NCBI GenBank assembly: GCA_963204745.1
Contig: CAUJHF010000052.1
Span: forward strand, 1,679 to 65,678
DNA: 64,000 bases
Direction of reading: 5' to 3'
Source: Pseudomonadota bacterium
GTDB lineage: Bacteria; Pseudomonadota; Gammaproteobacteria; Steroidobacterales; GCA-2729495
Positions within the stretch are counted from its first letter, which is position 1. Every line of letters starts with the position of its first letter. Positions 46,452 through 59,408 of the stretch are shown here, in pieces. Under the pieces are notes generated by a model, which searched no databases, was not told where the DNA came from, and saw nothing but the letters and a program-made list of their open reading frames with translations. A program made the translations under genes and the position numbers.

Positions 46452-48077
46452 ATGACATCAACGACCCACTTCGACGTACTCGTCATCGGTGGCGGGCTCG
46501 GCGGTCTGTCCTCAGCGTTGCGCCTGGCGGACTCCGGTTTGTCTGTCGGTATCCTGCGCAAGAAGCCATCGGCTGAAAGCTCGAGCGCCTGGGCCCAGGG
46601 CGGAATCGCGGCTGCCATTGACCCTGAGGACTCCACCGCACAGCACGCGGCCGACACCCTGACTGCAGGTGCCGGACTCTGCAAGGACGAAACCGTAAAC
46701 TTCGTTGTCGGCAACGCGCCGCGCGCAATCCGCTGGCTGGTAGATCAGGGCGTGCAGTTCACGCCCGTCGATGACAGCCGGCCGGAAAACCTGCATCTCA
46801 CACGTGAGGGCGGTCACTCACGCCGCCGCGTCGTGCATACGACGGACGCAACCGGCGATGCAGTGATCAGCCGCCTGGCCAGCCGCGCAGAGGTACATGC
46901 CGGTATCCGGATCCTTGACGACCGCATCGCTATCGACCTCATCACCACCGAAAAACTCCGGCTATCGGGACGAAATCGCTGCATGGGTGCCTATGCACTG
47001 AACCGCAATACCGGACAGGTCGAGGCCATCGCTGCACGCGCGGTGATTCTTGCAACGGGTGGCGCTGCGAAGGTTTACCTGTATACGACGAACCCGGACA
47101 CCTCTACCGGCGACGGCATCGCCATGGCGTGGCGTGCCGGTTGCCGTGTAGCCAACATGGAGTTTGTGCAGTTCCACCCGACCTGCCTGTTCCATCCGCT
47201 TGCCAAGTCATTGCTGATTTCGGAGGCAGTACGCGGTGAAGGCGGCGTGCTGCGCCTGCCGGATGGTCGTCAATTCATGTCCGACCATGATCCGCGGGCA
47301 GAGCTCGCGCCACGCGATATCGTCGCCCGGGCAATCGACGCGGAAATGAAACGCGGCGGCTTTGATTGCGTGTACCTGGATATCAGTCACAAGCCTGCGG
47401 CCGAGATCACGCGTCATTTCCCGAACATCCACCAGCGGTTACTCGGCTTTGGCATCGACATTACCCGTGATCCGATTCCCGTCGTGCCGGCCGCACACTA
47501 TTCCTGCGGCGGTATCGTTACGGACCTCGATGCGGCAACCGATCTGCATGGATTGTTCGCGGTTGGTGAGTGCACCTGCACCGGCCTGCACGGGGCAAAC
47601 CGGCTGGCCAGCAATTCGCTGCTCGAATGCCTGGTATTTGCCGAGGCCGCCCACGACCGCATCCTGCGTGAACTGCGCAGTGACAAGGCGCCTGTGCTCG
47701 ACATCCCGCCCTGGGACGAAAGCCGGGTCACCGATCCCGATGAACAGGTGGTGGTCTCACATAACTGGGACGAACTGCGACGCTTCATGTGGAGCTATGT
47801 GGGCATCGTACGCACCAACAAGCGGCTGGCGCGCGCACGCCATCGCGTCGACCTGCTGCGCAGTGAAATCGCCGAGTTCTACAGCCATTTCCGCGTGACC
47901 AACGATCTGATCGAACTGCGCAACCTGGTGCTCATCGCCGAACTGACCATCATCAGCGCCCAGTCGAGACACGAAAGCCGTGGACTGCACTGCAACCTCG
48001 ATTATCCACAGGCACTGCCGGTTGCCGAGCTGCGCGACACCATTCTGAGCCCTGGACGCATCCATCCATCCGGCTAA
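46452..48077 (+). CDS. nadB: L-aspartate oxidase
   Basis: ATG 46452. FAD motif FDVLVIGGGLGGLSSAL. ...AQGGIAA..., ...HPTCL..., ...EAVRGEGG.LR... and ...GANRLASNSLLE... are NadB / fumarate-reductase flavoprotein family motifs. Confidence 0.9.
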   Translation: MTSTTHFDVLVIGGGLGGLSSALRLADSGLSVGILRKKPSAESSSAWAQGGIAAAIDPEDSTAQHAADTLTAGAGLCKDETVNFVVGNAPRAIRWLVDQGVQFTPVDDSRPENLHLTREGGHSRRRVVHTTDATGDAVISRLASRAEVHAGIRILDDRIAIDLITTEKLRLSGRNRCMGAYALNRNTGQVEAIAARAVILATGGAAKVYLYTTNPDTSTGDGIAMAWRAGCRVANMEFVQFHPTCLFHPLAKSLLISEAVRGEGGVLRLPDGRQFMSDHDPRAELAPRDIVARAIDAEMKRGGFDCVYLDISHKPAAEITRHFPNIHQRLLGFGIDITRDPIPVVPAAHYSCGGIVTDLDAATDLHGLFAVGECTCTGLHGANRLASNSLLECLVFAEAAHDRILRELRSDKAPVLDIPPWDESRVTDPDEQVVVSHNWDELRRFMWSYVGIVRTNKRLARARHRVDLLRSEIAEFYSHFRVTNDLIELRNLVLIAELTIISAQSRHESRGLHCNLDYPQALPVAELRDTILSPGRIHPSG

Positions 48078-48116
48078 TCGGGTTATCCTCTCCGCAGTTC
48101 TGTGGAGCATGCAAAC

Positions 48117-50810
<2,694 letters not shown>

Positions 50811-50834
50811 CAAAGCCAACCCGGCCCACCAACG

Positions 50835-50861
50835 AAAAACCCCGCCAATTGGCGGGGTTTT
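50835..50861. terminator. Bidirectional rho-independent terminator between aceE and the convergent CTERM gene
   Basis: AAAAA-CCCCGCC-aatt-GGCGGGG-TTTT. It lies 25 nt after the aceE stop and 27 nt after the stop of CDS 50888-51670. Confidence 0.7.
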
Positions 50862-50887
50862 CTTGTCAGCTCAGGAGCCGGATCAGA

Positions 50888-51670
50888 TCAGGCAGCAGCC
50901 AGGCGACGACGCGACAGACCGAGCAAACCAAGCGCTGAACCGAACAGCCAGACCGCAGCCGGAACCGGCACCACCTGCACATCCATGGCCACGTTTTCTA
51001 CACCCCAACCATCCCGGGCAACCCGGATGGAGAAGTTGTACTCACCCGATGCATTCGGATCAAAAGTCGGGAACGAGGCAGAGGGCGTTATCAGAGCAGT
51101 ACCGAAATTCGGACCCGGCACCGGGCATGTGGCCGCGCTTGCAAGGTAGCCAAACATCAGGTTCTCGGAACCCTGGGTGATGCTGGCCGCGGAACCATAG
51201 CACTTGAGCGCGGCGGTGACGTCAATCTTGCCCAGCGTCGAAGCAGCAAGGTTGTCGAAAGCCGGATTGAAGTCATAGTAGAGGGTAATGTCGTAGTCGC
51301 TGAGAATCGGACTCGGCGGACTGGCACCCACGCCCTCAACCTTGATGTAGTAATTCCAGTTCCACAGCGCACCCATCGTGCCCGCACCGGGACCCTGAAG
51401 GTTGCTGCCTGTCCCGGCATAGAAAGTACCGGCACCGTTGTTGGTGACAACGGGGTTTGAATAGCGCTGGGTCGCGTTCATAGCGACAGTGATCAGGTTG
51501 TCGCCGTCGTAGAACTGGGAGGATATCGCTACGGAATCATTGGGAATTCCGGTACCGCCAAAATTTGCCCCGGTCAGCGGGCCGAACGTGTCATAGACCG
51601 GTGTCGCTGCAGCGATGCCCGGCAAAGCCAGCGCACATAGCAGCCCGGTCAGTCTTGCGGTGTTGTTCAT
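50888..51670 (-). CDS. Secreted protein with PEP-CTERM/VPLPA-CTERM-like sorting signal (family C)
   Basis: The ATG at 51670 is preceded by CGTGGGGAGTA. Signal peptide MNNTARLTGLLCALALPGIAAA. C-terminus ...VQVVPVPAAVWLFGSALGLLGLSRRRLAAA. The 66-codon upstream extension is discounted. Confidence 0.8.
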   Translation of the reverse strand: MNNTARLTGLLCALALPGIAAATPVYDTFGPLTGANFGGTGIPNDSVAISSQFYDGDNLITVAMNATQRYSNPVVTNNGAGTFYAGTGSNLQGPGAGTMGALWNWNYYIKVEGVGASPPSPILSDYDITLYYDFNPAFDNLAASTLGKIDVTAALKCYGSAASITQGSENLMFGYLASAATCPVPGPNFGTALITPSASFPTFDPNASGEYNFSIRVARDGWGVENVAMDVQVVPVPAAVWLFGSALGLLGLSRRRLAAA

Positions 51671-51788
51671 GGACTTACTCCCCACGTACTTTATTGAAAC
51701 GGCTGACCGCCGCGCTAGCCAGCTCTTGATTATTCTGGACCAGGTCTTGGCCTCAGCCCGATCTAAACACGACCCGACAAACATGTAC

Positions 51789-51804
51789 AACAATTTATGT
51801 GCCA
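51789..51804 (-). promoter_or_regulatory. Sigma-54-like -24/-12 element (TGGCAC-N5-TTGTT) upstream of CDS 50888-51670
   Basis: The minus strand reads TGGCACATAAATTGTT, about 120 nt upstream of the ATG. It matches TGGCAC-N5-TTGC except for the C of the -12 GC. Confidence 0.25.
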
Positions 51805-52038
51805 TGAGGCAGGGAGCCGCTGGAAGCGCTATTTTTACATAAGCCAATACGGCGATCTTAAAAAGCAAATGCCTACAGACTCAAGCGCTTGAAGGACCAT
51901 CGACAGGGTAAATTGAGCTTGGCAGGCTGCCGGCGGAGCGCGTTTCAGAGGAAGAAACTTCTGTATCCAAAATGACCCGCCAGCCCGCGCAATAGCCCGC
52001 GCACTGCTATGCAGCAACACCGGGCTGCCGTGGAGGGG

Positions 52039-52773
52039 TCAGTCCCGGGCAGCGCGTCGCCGGAGGCGCGCGAGCAAGGCGAGGCTCGCAGTCGCCAACA
52101 GCAAGCCCCCTGCCGGAGCGGGCACCACAGCCGTAGCGACCGTAAGGGACAGCTTCCGGGCGACGAAGGCGATCTGCTCAGGAGACCCGGTCGTTGCCTG
52201 CAGCCGACCGAAGATGCTCAGATCGACGCTGGTCGCAAGATCGCTAAAGCTGGCAGCCGGATCGATATCGTTTGCAAAACTCCAGTTCTCAAACGCCGGA
52301 CCGGTTGGTGCCGAACTGCTGAAGCCGTTTTCTGTGGTGACCGACTCGAGATAACCCGGACCATGGCCATCATCGACCAGGTCACGCGACTGCAACTTCA
52401 GGCTCGCACTGACCACGCCGCCATTGAGCAACTGGTAATCGCCCGAATCACTGATGCTGATCGTACCGATCTCAAATCCCGCCGGCGACCAGATACGGCT
52501 GAAATGGAAGCTCGCAGTCCGCTCATCGAAGCCGTCGGTTCCAAAGGCTGTCGCGTAAAAAACCGACGGCGTAAAACTGAGCACATCGCTGTTGCCGAGC
52601 AGGCGCGGCGCACCAAACAGCAGCAGGCCATCGTTGATCGCTGGATCGTTGTCGTACTCATAGCACAGTGTCTGGCCGCAGAGCTGCACAGGCGCGGCAT
52701 GAACCGGCGACGCAAAGGCAGCGGCGACCGCGAGCGAGGTTGCAGAAATGATCTGCCGGGGGGAGTTTTTCAT
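52039..52773 (-). CDS. Secreted protein with degenerate PEP-CTERM-like sorting signal (family B, copy 1)
   Basis: Signal peptide MKNSPRQIISATSLAVAAAFASPVHA. ...LCGQTLCYEYDND... is shared with 52909-53643. C-terminus ...AVVPAPAGGLLLATASLALLARLRRRAARD. Confidence 0.75.
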   Translation of the reverse strand: MKNSPRQIISATSLAVAAAFASPVHAAPVQLCGQTLCYEYDNDPAINDGLLLFGAPRLLGNSDVLSFTPSVFYATAFGTDGFDERTASFHFSRIWSPAGFEIGTISISDSGDYQLLNGGVVSASLKLQSRDLVDDGHGPGYLESVTTENGFSSSAPTGPAFENWSFANDIDPAASFSDLATSVDLSIFGRLQATTGSPEQIAFVARKLSLTVATAVVPAPAGGLLLATASLALLARLRRRAARD

Positions 52774-52857
52774 AGATAGGCCATTCTAGTTAATCAGCAG
52801 GATCGACTGCGTCGAAGGCAACATAAAACCGGAAGCCTTCGATATATTTCCATCAAC

Positions 52858-52886
52858 AAAAAAAAACCCGCATCAGTGCGGGTTTT
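52858..52886 (-). terminator. Rho-independent terminator of CDS 52909-53643
   Basis: The minus strand reads CCCGCA-ctga-TGCGGG followed by nine T. It starts 23 nt after the stop. Confidence 0.7.
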
Positions 52887-52908
52887 ACCGGATTCAGATT
52901 GATACCAC

Positions 52909-53643
52909 TCAGGAAAGAAACGTGGTCCGCCTGCGCAGCAAGCCGAGCAACCCGAGACCTGAACCAAACAGCCATACCGCAGCCGGCACTGGTACTGTCG
53001 TAACCGCGGTAATCGTCAGGCTGAGTTTCTTCTGCACAAAGGCATAGTTGGGCGAAGTCGCAAATGCCTGCAAGGTGTTCTGTATCGAGAAGTCGACATC
53101 ACTCGCCAGGTCCGAAAACAGTGCCGCCGGCGTGACAGTACCCGTCAGCGACCAGTTGACCAGCGGACCGCCGGTCGGCGTTGAGGTATTCCAGTTGAAC
53201 TGTGGCGTGGTGGTTTCGGGGAAGCCCGGCGTCGCTGCACCATTATCGACATTATCGACACTCTGCAGGCGAATGTTCACATTGACGAAACCGGCGCCAA
53301 GGATCTGGTAGTCGCCACTTTCAGTAACAGATATCGAAGCGATCTCACCACCATCGGTAGTGTATACACGCGAGAACTTGAACAACTCGACCCGCGTCGG
53401 ACCAGGTATGGAAGTACTCCCATCAGAATCGGCATTGAAGTTGGTCGGCACAAACTTGAGGGTATTGCCACTCAACAGCGTCGGCGCTCCATAGGCCGAG
53501 ATGCCGGGGTTGACGAGTGCATTGTTGTCGTATTCGTAGCAGATGCTCGTGCCGCAAAGGGTCACGGGTACTGCATTGGCTGGCAATGCGCTGCAACCGG
53601 CTGCTATTACGCCGAGTCCGACCAGAGTCTTCACGCTGCGCAT
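52909..53643 (-). CDS. Secreted protein with PEP-CTERM/VPLPA-CTERM-like sorting signal (family B, copy 2)
   Basis: The ATG at 53643 (MRSVKTLVGLGVIAAGCSALPANA) is preceded by GGGGAA. ...LCGTSICYEYDNN.... C-terminus ...TTVPVPAAVWLFGSGLGLLGLLRRRTTFLS. Confidence 0.8.
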   Translation of the reverse strand: MRSVKTLVGLGVIAAGCSALPANAVPVTLCGTSICYEYDNNALVNPGISAYGAPTLLSGNTLKFVPTNFNADSDGSTSIPGPTRVELFKFSRVYTTDGGEIASISVTESGDYQILGAGFVNVNIRLQSVDNVDNGAATPGFPETTTPQFNWNTSTPTGGPLVNWSLTGTVTPAALFSDLASDVDFSIQNTLQAFATSPNYAFVQKKLSLTITAVTTVPVPAAVWLFGSGLGLLGLLRRRTTFLS

Positions 53644-53825
53644 CAGATGATTCCCCACTGAGTCATCGCTGACCTGCTCCGGAAAATTCCGGGAAGGTTT
53701 CCTTGTAATGGATCCAGCTTACTCTCTGCTTTGCCGCGAATACAAGTAGACCGGGAATAAATCCACCACTCAGGCCCTTGTTTGTACAGTATTTTTATTG
53801 AACATAATTCGACTGATTCACCGCC

Positions 53826-56219
53826 TCAAGGCTGCAGGACCAGCGTTGAGCGCGCGTGGCTTTCGATAGCCGCATCACTGAACCACCAATAGCGTGGCTC
53901 TCCCGATAACCAGGCGGGCGTCTGGTCTTTCAGGTGCGCATCAAACTGCCGGCCACTGGCCCCACCGACCAGCACGGCCATCACCTTGTCCGGATCGCCG
54001 AGATCCGCCACGAAACGCAGCGAAGCGATCGTGGTTGCATCCCAGGGCTTGCCGAACTGGTAAGTGGCGCGGTTCAGTGTTTCGCCCGAGCCCTCCTTGG
54101 GATGAGTTCCTGCGCCCAATGCATTGGCCGGACCCTTGCCTGGCACCAGCGGACTGAAGAAAGTCACCGTGTGTAACCGGCCCCACTGCCATTGACCGGG
54201 ATCCGCGCCTGCAACTTCTGCAAGTTCGTTGCGCGCCTGGCGCGCCGCGCGCCGGAAGATATCGTCGCGGGCTTCAACGGCCGGCGTGCGGGTATCGTCG
54301 AACCAGGCTGACGCATCAGCGCTAACCATCTGTGCCAGCCGCTCCTGCCAGTAATACCAGCTGCCAAGCATCTCGTCGCCGAGTTGAGGACCGAGTTCAT
54401 CGACGAAAGTCTGACGGGCAAACTCGCGGTACACCGCCTGGAACACTGTCGGTGCAACCAGACCGGCATCGTCGGCATGATTCCAGTCTGCGAGAAGCTG
54501 GCCCAGGTCGCGAGTATCGTCCGCCGCGAGCAGCGCCTGCGCCATGACCGGTGCAACCTGTGCGGCCATGGTGTTCTGCGTGTCACGCATGAATCGCCAG
54601 TGATCGTCTGCACCGAGTCGCTTTGGCTGATCGAGCAGTTCCATCATGCGACGATAGCGCCAGGACGCCGCGAAGTACGTCGAATAGGCATAGGGGTAAT
54701 CAGCCGGCGCCGTACGATGATTGGCATTGCCGACCCAGCCGCGTGCGGGATTCACCTGTCCCGGCATCTGCTCCGGCGAAATGAAACCTGCCCAGGCATC
54801 GGCACTGTCCCTGACCGGCGACGGCACCGAACCATCCGCTTGCCTGCGTACCGGTACACGGCCTGCGGTAGCGTGACCGATGTTGCCGCCCGTATCGGCG
54901 ATCACATAATTGTATGGTGCAGTGTTCATCCGGACAGCACGACGCGCCTCCTCTACCGACCGGGCGGTAAACAGCGCATATTGGCCGGTGTCTGGCGCCA
55001 TCGCCTCCGGGGCGCTCCAGCGCATCGAGATCAGCTTGCCGTCGGCCACGCTCATCCCATGGTCTGAGATCACCGGCCCACGATGCGTCAGGCGAATTTT
55101 CAGCGGCACCGTGCGGAATTCCGAAGAGCCCGGTCGCGCGCGGACGCGCAGCGTCTCTTCGATCACCTCGAAGGGAAAGGATCGCTCGCCTTCCAGGTAA
55201 TTACCCGGTCGCTGCGGATCTTCAGTTTCGATGAACAGATCGATCACATCGGCATAGGCATTGGTCACGCCAAACGCGATGTGGCTGGTGCGCCCGACTC
55301 CGAGACCGGGAATACCCGGCCCGGCCGCGCCCACCGCACGAAACTCCGGTGTGATCAGTCCGACCGGATGCCAGATGCCCGGCAGGTTGCGCGCATCCAG
55401 ATGCGGATCATTGGCCAGCACCGGCGCACCGTTGACCGAGTGCGCGCCGCTCATCACCCACTGGTTGCTGCCGATCTCCCGTGGCTTTGGACCCGGCGCC
55501 AGCCAGGTGGCATCGACCTTGAGATTCAGCGCGACCGACTGTGCCGGTAGCGGGACAGCGTCGAAACCCGTACCGCTGTTGTCATCCGGATTGATGGTCA
55601 TCATGCGGATCTCGGCCGCCTTCACGGCCCCCAGCCGGTCGATGACTTTCTGGCTGATGAGTTCGGCCTGCAGGTTGACCGAACTCGACCAGTTGAGGAA
55701 ATACTGCAGCGTCATCACATCGACCACCGTCCACGGCTCTGGCCGCGTGCCGAGCAGCCCGAAGCCAAACTGGTGTTCGCCGGTCTGGTGTTCGATATAG
55801 GCGTTGAGTCCCTCGAGATACAGTTCGTAGAAGCGGCGGTCTGCGGGACCGAGCAGCTCCGCATGCCGGCGACCGTGCCGGGCCGTACCCGCCAGACGCA
55901 GCGCGATATCCGACTCAAGCGCTGATTCGCCGATCAGTTCCGAAAGCCGGCCGGCGGCGAGATAGCGTTCAAAATCGATCTGCAGGAGGCGATCCTGCGC
56001 CGTCACCCAGCCCTGGGCACGAATCGCATCGTCGAGGGTTTGCGCATGGATGTAGGGGATGCCCTGTTCATCCCGGACCACGCGCACCGGTGCCGAGAGC
56101 ACAGACAGCTGCAGGACGCCATCGCTCTGATAGCGGTCAATGACCTGCGTAAAGACTGCAATGCCGACCACCGACAGGGCAAACAGCCACAACACGCCGA
56201 CCACCGCCTTGCGCAACAT
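53826..56219 (-). CDS. Penicillin-acylase-family Ntn hydrolase (acyl-homoserine-lactone / beta-lactam acylase-like)
   Basis: The ATG at 56219 gives a TM/signal anchor (MLRKAVVGVLWLFALSVVGIAVF). ...DRLLQIDF.... Autoprocessing/nucleophile site ...EIGSNQWVMSG...GAPVLANDPHL. Size about 797 aa. Confidence 0.85.
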   Translation of the reverse strand: MLRKAVVGVLWLFALSVVGIAVFTQVIDRYQSDGVLQLSVLSAPVRVVRDEQGIPYIHAQTLDDAIRAQGWVTAQDRLLQIDFERYLAAGRLSELIGESALESDIALRLAGTARHGRRHAELLGPADRRFYELYLEGLNAYIEHQTGEHQFGFGLLGTRPEPWTVVDVMTLQYFLNWSSSVNLQAELISQKVIDRLGAVKAAEIRMMTINPDDNSGTGFDAVPLPAQSVALNLKVDATWLAPGPKPREIGSNQWVMSGAHSVNGAPVLANDPHLDARNLPGIWHPVGLITPEFRAVGAAGPGIPGLGVGRTSHIAFGVTNAYADVIDLFIETEDPQRPGNYLEGERSFPFEVIEETLRVRARPGSSEFRTVPLKIRLTHRGPVISDHGMSVADGKLISMRWSAPEAMAPDTGQYALFTARSVEEARRAVRMNTAPYNYVIADTGGNIGHATAGRVPVRRQADGSVPSPVRDSADAWAGFISPEQMPGQVNPARGWVGNANHRTAPADYPYAYSTYFAASWRYRRMMELLDQPKRLGADDHWRFMRDTQNTMAAQVAPVMAQALLAADDTRDLGQLLADWNHADDAGLVAPTVFQAVYREFARQTFVDELGPQLGDEMLGSWYYWQERLAQMVSADASAWFDDTRTPAVEARDDIFRRAARQARNELAEVAGADPGQWQWGRLHTVTFFSPLVPGKGPANALGAGTHPKEGSGETLNRATYQFGKPWDATTIASLRFVADLGDPDKVMAVLVGGASGRQFDAHLKDQTPAWLSGEPRYWWFSDAAIESHARSTLVLQP

Positions 56220-56307
56220 CTGACCTTCCCCGCTTCGCCTGACCCGATACCGGGATGGTGCCAGCACAGGCCGACATCCGCATCTATAAGGTATCCTTGC
56301 CGGCCCG

Positions 56308-57204
56308 ATGAATGAGCTGAACACAGTCCGGCCGCGCCGCTCGGTACTCTATGTCCCGGGCGCCAACCCCAAGGCCCTGGCCAAGGCGGCCAGCCTGGCG
56401 GCTGACAGCCTGATTTTCGACCTCGAAGACGCCGTACTGGCGGAGGCCAAGTGCGCAGCGCGTACAGCTGTGATCGAGCGGGTGGCAGCCGGCGGTTTCG
56501 GCCATCATGAAATCGTGATCCGCGTCAATGGATTCGATACCGAGTGGGGTGCCGACGACCTGCTCGCTGCCGCGACCAGCGGAGCCGATGCGGTGCTGTT
56601 GCCTAAGGTGGAGGACCCGGAGACGGTCAGGCAGGCTGCCACGTTTCTGGAACAGCACCGCGCGCCTGCCAGTCTCAGGATCTGGATCATGGCCGAGACG
56701 CCCCGTGGCGTGCTGGCCCTGGAACGGATCACCGCCAGCAGTGATCGCCTCGCCACAGTCGTGATGGGCACGGCCGATCTCGCCAAGGCCCTGCGCATCG
56801 ATCCCGGCCCGGATCGCAGTGGCCTGCTGCCGGCCCTCGGCCACTGCATTCTGGCGGCCCGGGCACAGGGTCTTGATATACTTGACGGCGTCTTCACCGA
56901 TATTGGCAACCACCCGGGCTTTCGCATTGCCTGCCAGCAGGGCAAGGCGCTGGGATTCGACGGCAAGACCCTCATTCATCCGGGACAGATCGATGCCGCC
57001 AATGCAGTCTTCGGCGTCACGGAAGCGCAGCTTGAGACTGCCCGCGAACTGATCCGTGCCTGGGAGGCGGCTGCCGCACGCGGCAGCGGTATAGCGGTCA
57101 TGCAGGGCCGCATGATCGAAGGACTGCACGCGGAGGAAGCACAACGGGTGCTCGCCCTGCATCTTGCAATCAAGCGGCGCAGCAGTGCGCCGCCTACGGG
57201 ATGA
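56308..57204 (+). CDS. HpcH/HpaI/CitE-family acyl-CoA lyase (citrate lyase beta-like; malyl-/citramalyl-CoA lyase or thioesterase candidate)
   Basis: ...[34 protein letters not shown]..., ...IRVNG... and ...ETPRGV...GTADL... are CitE-like motifs. Ends 4 nt before the mutase ATG. Confidence 0.8.
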   Translation: MNELNTVRPRRSVLYVPGANPKALAKAASLAADSLIFDLEDAVLAEAKCAARTAVIERVAAGGFGHHEIVIRVNGFDTEWGADDLLAAATSGADAVLLPKVEDPETVRQAATFLEQHRAPASLRIWIMAETPRGVLALERITASSDRLATVVMGTADLAKALRIDPGPDRSGLLPALGHCILAARAQGLDILDGVFTDIGNHPGFRIACQQGKALGFDGKTLIHPGQIDAANAVFGVTEAQLETARELIRAWEAAAARGSGIAVMQGRMIEGLHAEEAQRVLALHLAIKRRSSAPPTG

Positions 57205-57208
57205 TGGA

Positions 57209-59377
57209 ATGGCAGACTTCGGCAAGCGATCGAGGCAGGACTGGAACAAGCTGGCAACCAGGGAAAGCAGGGGCAAGGATCCTGACGGCCTGACGTGGCA
57301 GACGCCCGAAGGCATTCCTGTACGTCCGCTGTATACGGCCGAGGACCTGAAGGGCCTCAAACATCTGGACAGCCTGCCCGGCTTCGCGCCCTTCTTGCGC
57401 GGCCCGCGTGCCACGATGTACGCCGGTCGACCCTGGACCGTGCGGCAGTACGCCGGCTTCTCCACCGCCGAAGAATCCAATCGCTTCTACCGCGACAACC
57501 TCGCCGCCGGTCAGACCGGCCTGTCGATCGCCTTCGACCTTCCCACCCATCGCGGCTACGACTCCGACCACCCGCGCGTGGTCGGTGATGTGGGCAAGGC
57601 CGGTGTTGCCATCGACTCCGTCGAGGACATGAAGACCCTCTTCGACGGCATCCCGCTCGACCGCATGTCGGTATCGATGACGATGAACGGTGCCGTGCTG
57701 CCAGTGATGGCCATGTACATCGTGGCCGCCGAAGAACAGGGCGTCGCACAAGCCGGACTCAACGGCACCCTGCAGAACGACATCCTCAAGGAGTTCATGG
57801 TCCGGAATACCTATATCTATCCGCCCGAACCCTCGATGCGCATCGTCGCAGACATCATCGCCTACACCTCGAAGCACATGCCCAAATACAACTCGGTTTC
57901 GATTTCCGGCTATCACATGCTGGAGGCCGGCGCGACAGCCGTGCAGGAACTCGGCTACACGCTGGCCGACGGCATCGAGTACGTTCGTGCGGCGCTGGCC
58001 AGCGGTCTTGAGGTGGACGATTTCGCGCCGCGCCTGTCGTTTTTCTTCGGCATCGGCATGAACTTCTTCATGGAAGCCGCCAAGCTCCGTGCCGCACGGC
58101 TGCTCTGGGCAGAGTACATGCAGAAGCTGTTTGCACCCGCAGACGACCAGTCCCTGATGCTGCGTACCCACTGCCAGACTTCCGGCGTCAGCCTGACCAG
58201 CCGCGACCCCTACAACAACGTGATACGCACCACCGTAGAGGCGCTGGCTGCGGCGCTGGGTGGCACCCAGTCGCTGCATACCAACTCATTCGACGAGGCG
58301 CTCGCATTGCCCACGCCGTTCTCGGCGCATATTGCCCGCAACACCCAGCTCGTGTTGCAGGAAGAAACCGGCATCACCCGCGTCGTGGATCCGCTGGCCG
58401 GCTCCTACTATGTAGAGAGCCTGACCGCGTCGCTGGCCGATGAGGCACGCAAACTGATCGACGAAGTCGAAGCACTCGGCGGCATGACCAGAGCTGTCGG
58501 CTCCGGCATGCCCAAGCTGCGCATCGAGCAGTCAGCAGCGCTTCGCCAGGCGCGCATCGACCGCGGCGAAGAAGTCATCGTCGGCGTGAACAAGTATCAA
58601 CGCGATGATGAACCGGAAATCGAAGTACTCAGCATCGACAACAGCGCCGTCCGCGAATCGCAGCTGAAGCGGCTGCAGGCCCTGCGGAAATCGCGTGAAT
58701 CAGCAGCGTGTAACGCCGCCCTCGCCGCCCTGACGGAAGCAGCAAAACAGGGCAGCGGCAATCTGCTGGAACTTGCCGTCGTCGCGGCACGGGCGCGCGC
58801 TACAGTCGGAGAAATCTCCGACGCACTGGAGCAGGTCTACGGGAGGCATCGCGCCATCATTCATTCAATCAGCGGCGTCTATGGTTCGGCCTATGCCGGC
58901 GATGACGAGTTTGCGCGGATCCAGCACGAGGTCGGTGCCTTCGCCCGGGAGGAAGGCCGGCGGCCGCGCCTGCTGGTCGTCAAGCTGGGCCAGGACGGAC
59001 ACGATCGTGGCGCCAAGGTAATCGCCACTGCATTTGCCGATATCGGCTTCGACGTGGACATCGGACCGCTCTTCCAGACACCGGAGGAAGCTGCACGGCA
59101 TGCCGTCGAAAACGATGTGCATGCCGTCGGCATTTCCTCACAGGCAGCCGGGCACAAGACCCTCGTTCCGCAACTGATTGAAGCACTGCGTGCGCAGGGC
59201 GCCAGCGACGTGCTGGTGGTATGCGGTGGCGTGATTCCGCCACAGGACCACCCCATGCTCAAGGCCGCAGGCGTCGCCGCAATCTACGGCCCCGGCACCA
59301 ATATTCCGCAGGCCGCTGCTGAAGTACTCAATCTCATCCGGGACCGGCGCCGGTCAGCACAAGCTGCCCGGAAATAA
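57209..59377 (+). CDS. mcm: Methylmalonyl-CoA mutase, single-chain (catalytic and B12-binding domains fused)
   Basis: ATG 57209. ...[16 protein letters not shown]..., ...[21 protein letters not shown]..., ...[17 protein letters not shown]... and the C-terminal B12 domain ...[15 protein letters not shown]... (DxHxxG). Confidence 0.9.
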   Translation: MADFGKRSRQDWNKLATRESRGKDPDGLTWQTPEGIPVRPLYTAEDLKGLKHLDSLPGFAPFLRGPRATMYAGRPWTVRQYAGFSTAEESNRFYRDNLAAGQTGLSIAFDLPTHRGYDSDHPRVVGDVGKAGVAIDSVEDMKTLFDGIPLDRMSVSMTMNGAVLPVMAMYIVAAEEQGVAQAGLNGTLQNDILKEFMVRNTYIYPPEPSMRIVADIIAYTSKHMPKYNSVSISGYHMLEAGATAVQELGYTLADGIEYVRAALASGLEVDDFAPRLSFFFGIGMNFFMEAAKLRAARLLWAEYMQKLFAPADDQSLMLRTHCQTSGVSLTSRDPYNNVIRTTVEALAAALGGTQSLHTNSFDEALALPTPFSAHIARNTQLVLQEETGITRVVDPLAGSYYVESLTASLADEARKLIDEVEALGGMTRAVGSGMPKLRIEQSAALRQARIDRGEEVIVGVNKYQRDDEPEIEVLSIDNSAVRESQLKRLQALRKSRESAACNAALAALTEAAKQGSGNLLELAVVAARARATVGEISDALEQVYGRHRAIIHSISGVYGSAYAGDDEFARIQHEVGAFAREEGRRPRLLVVKLGQDGHDRGAKVIATAFADIGFDVDIGPLFQTPEEAARHAVENDVHAVGISSQAAGHKTLVPQLIEALRAQGASDVLVVCGGVIPPQDHPMLKAAGVAAIYGPGTNIPQAAAEVLNLIRDRRRSAQAARK

Positions 59378-59408
59378 TTTCGCACAGAAAACGCACAAGG
59401 GTGCATGC

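Noticed and set aside
51835-52020. 61-aa minus-strand ORF inside the long leader of the family-C CTERM gene
   Set aside because: It has no SD and atypical composition, and lies in lower-GC non-coding-looking DNA. It is more likely promoter or UAS space.
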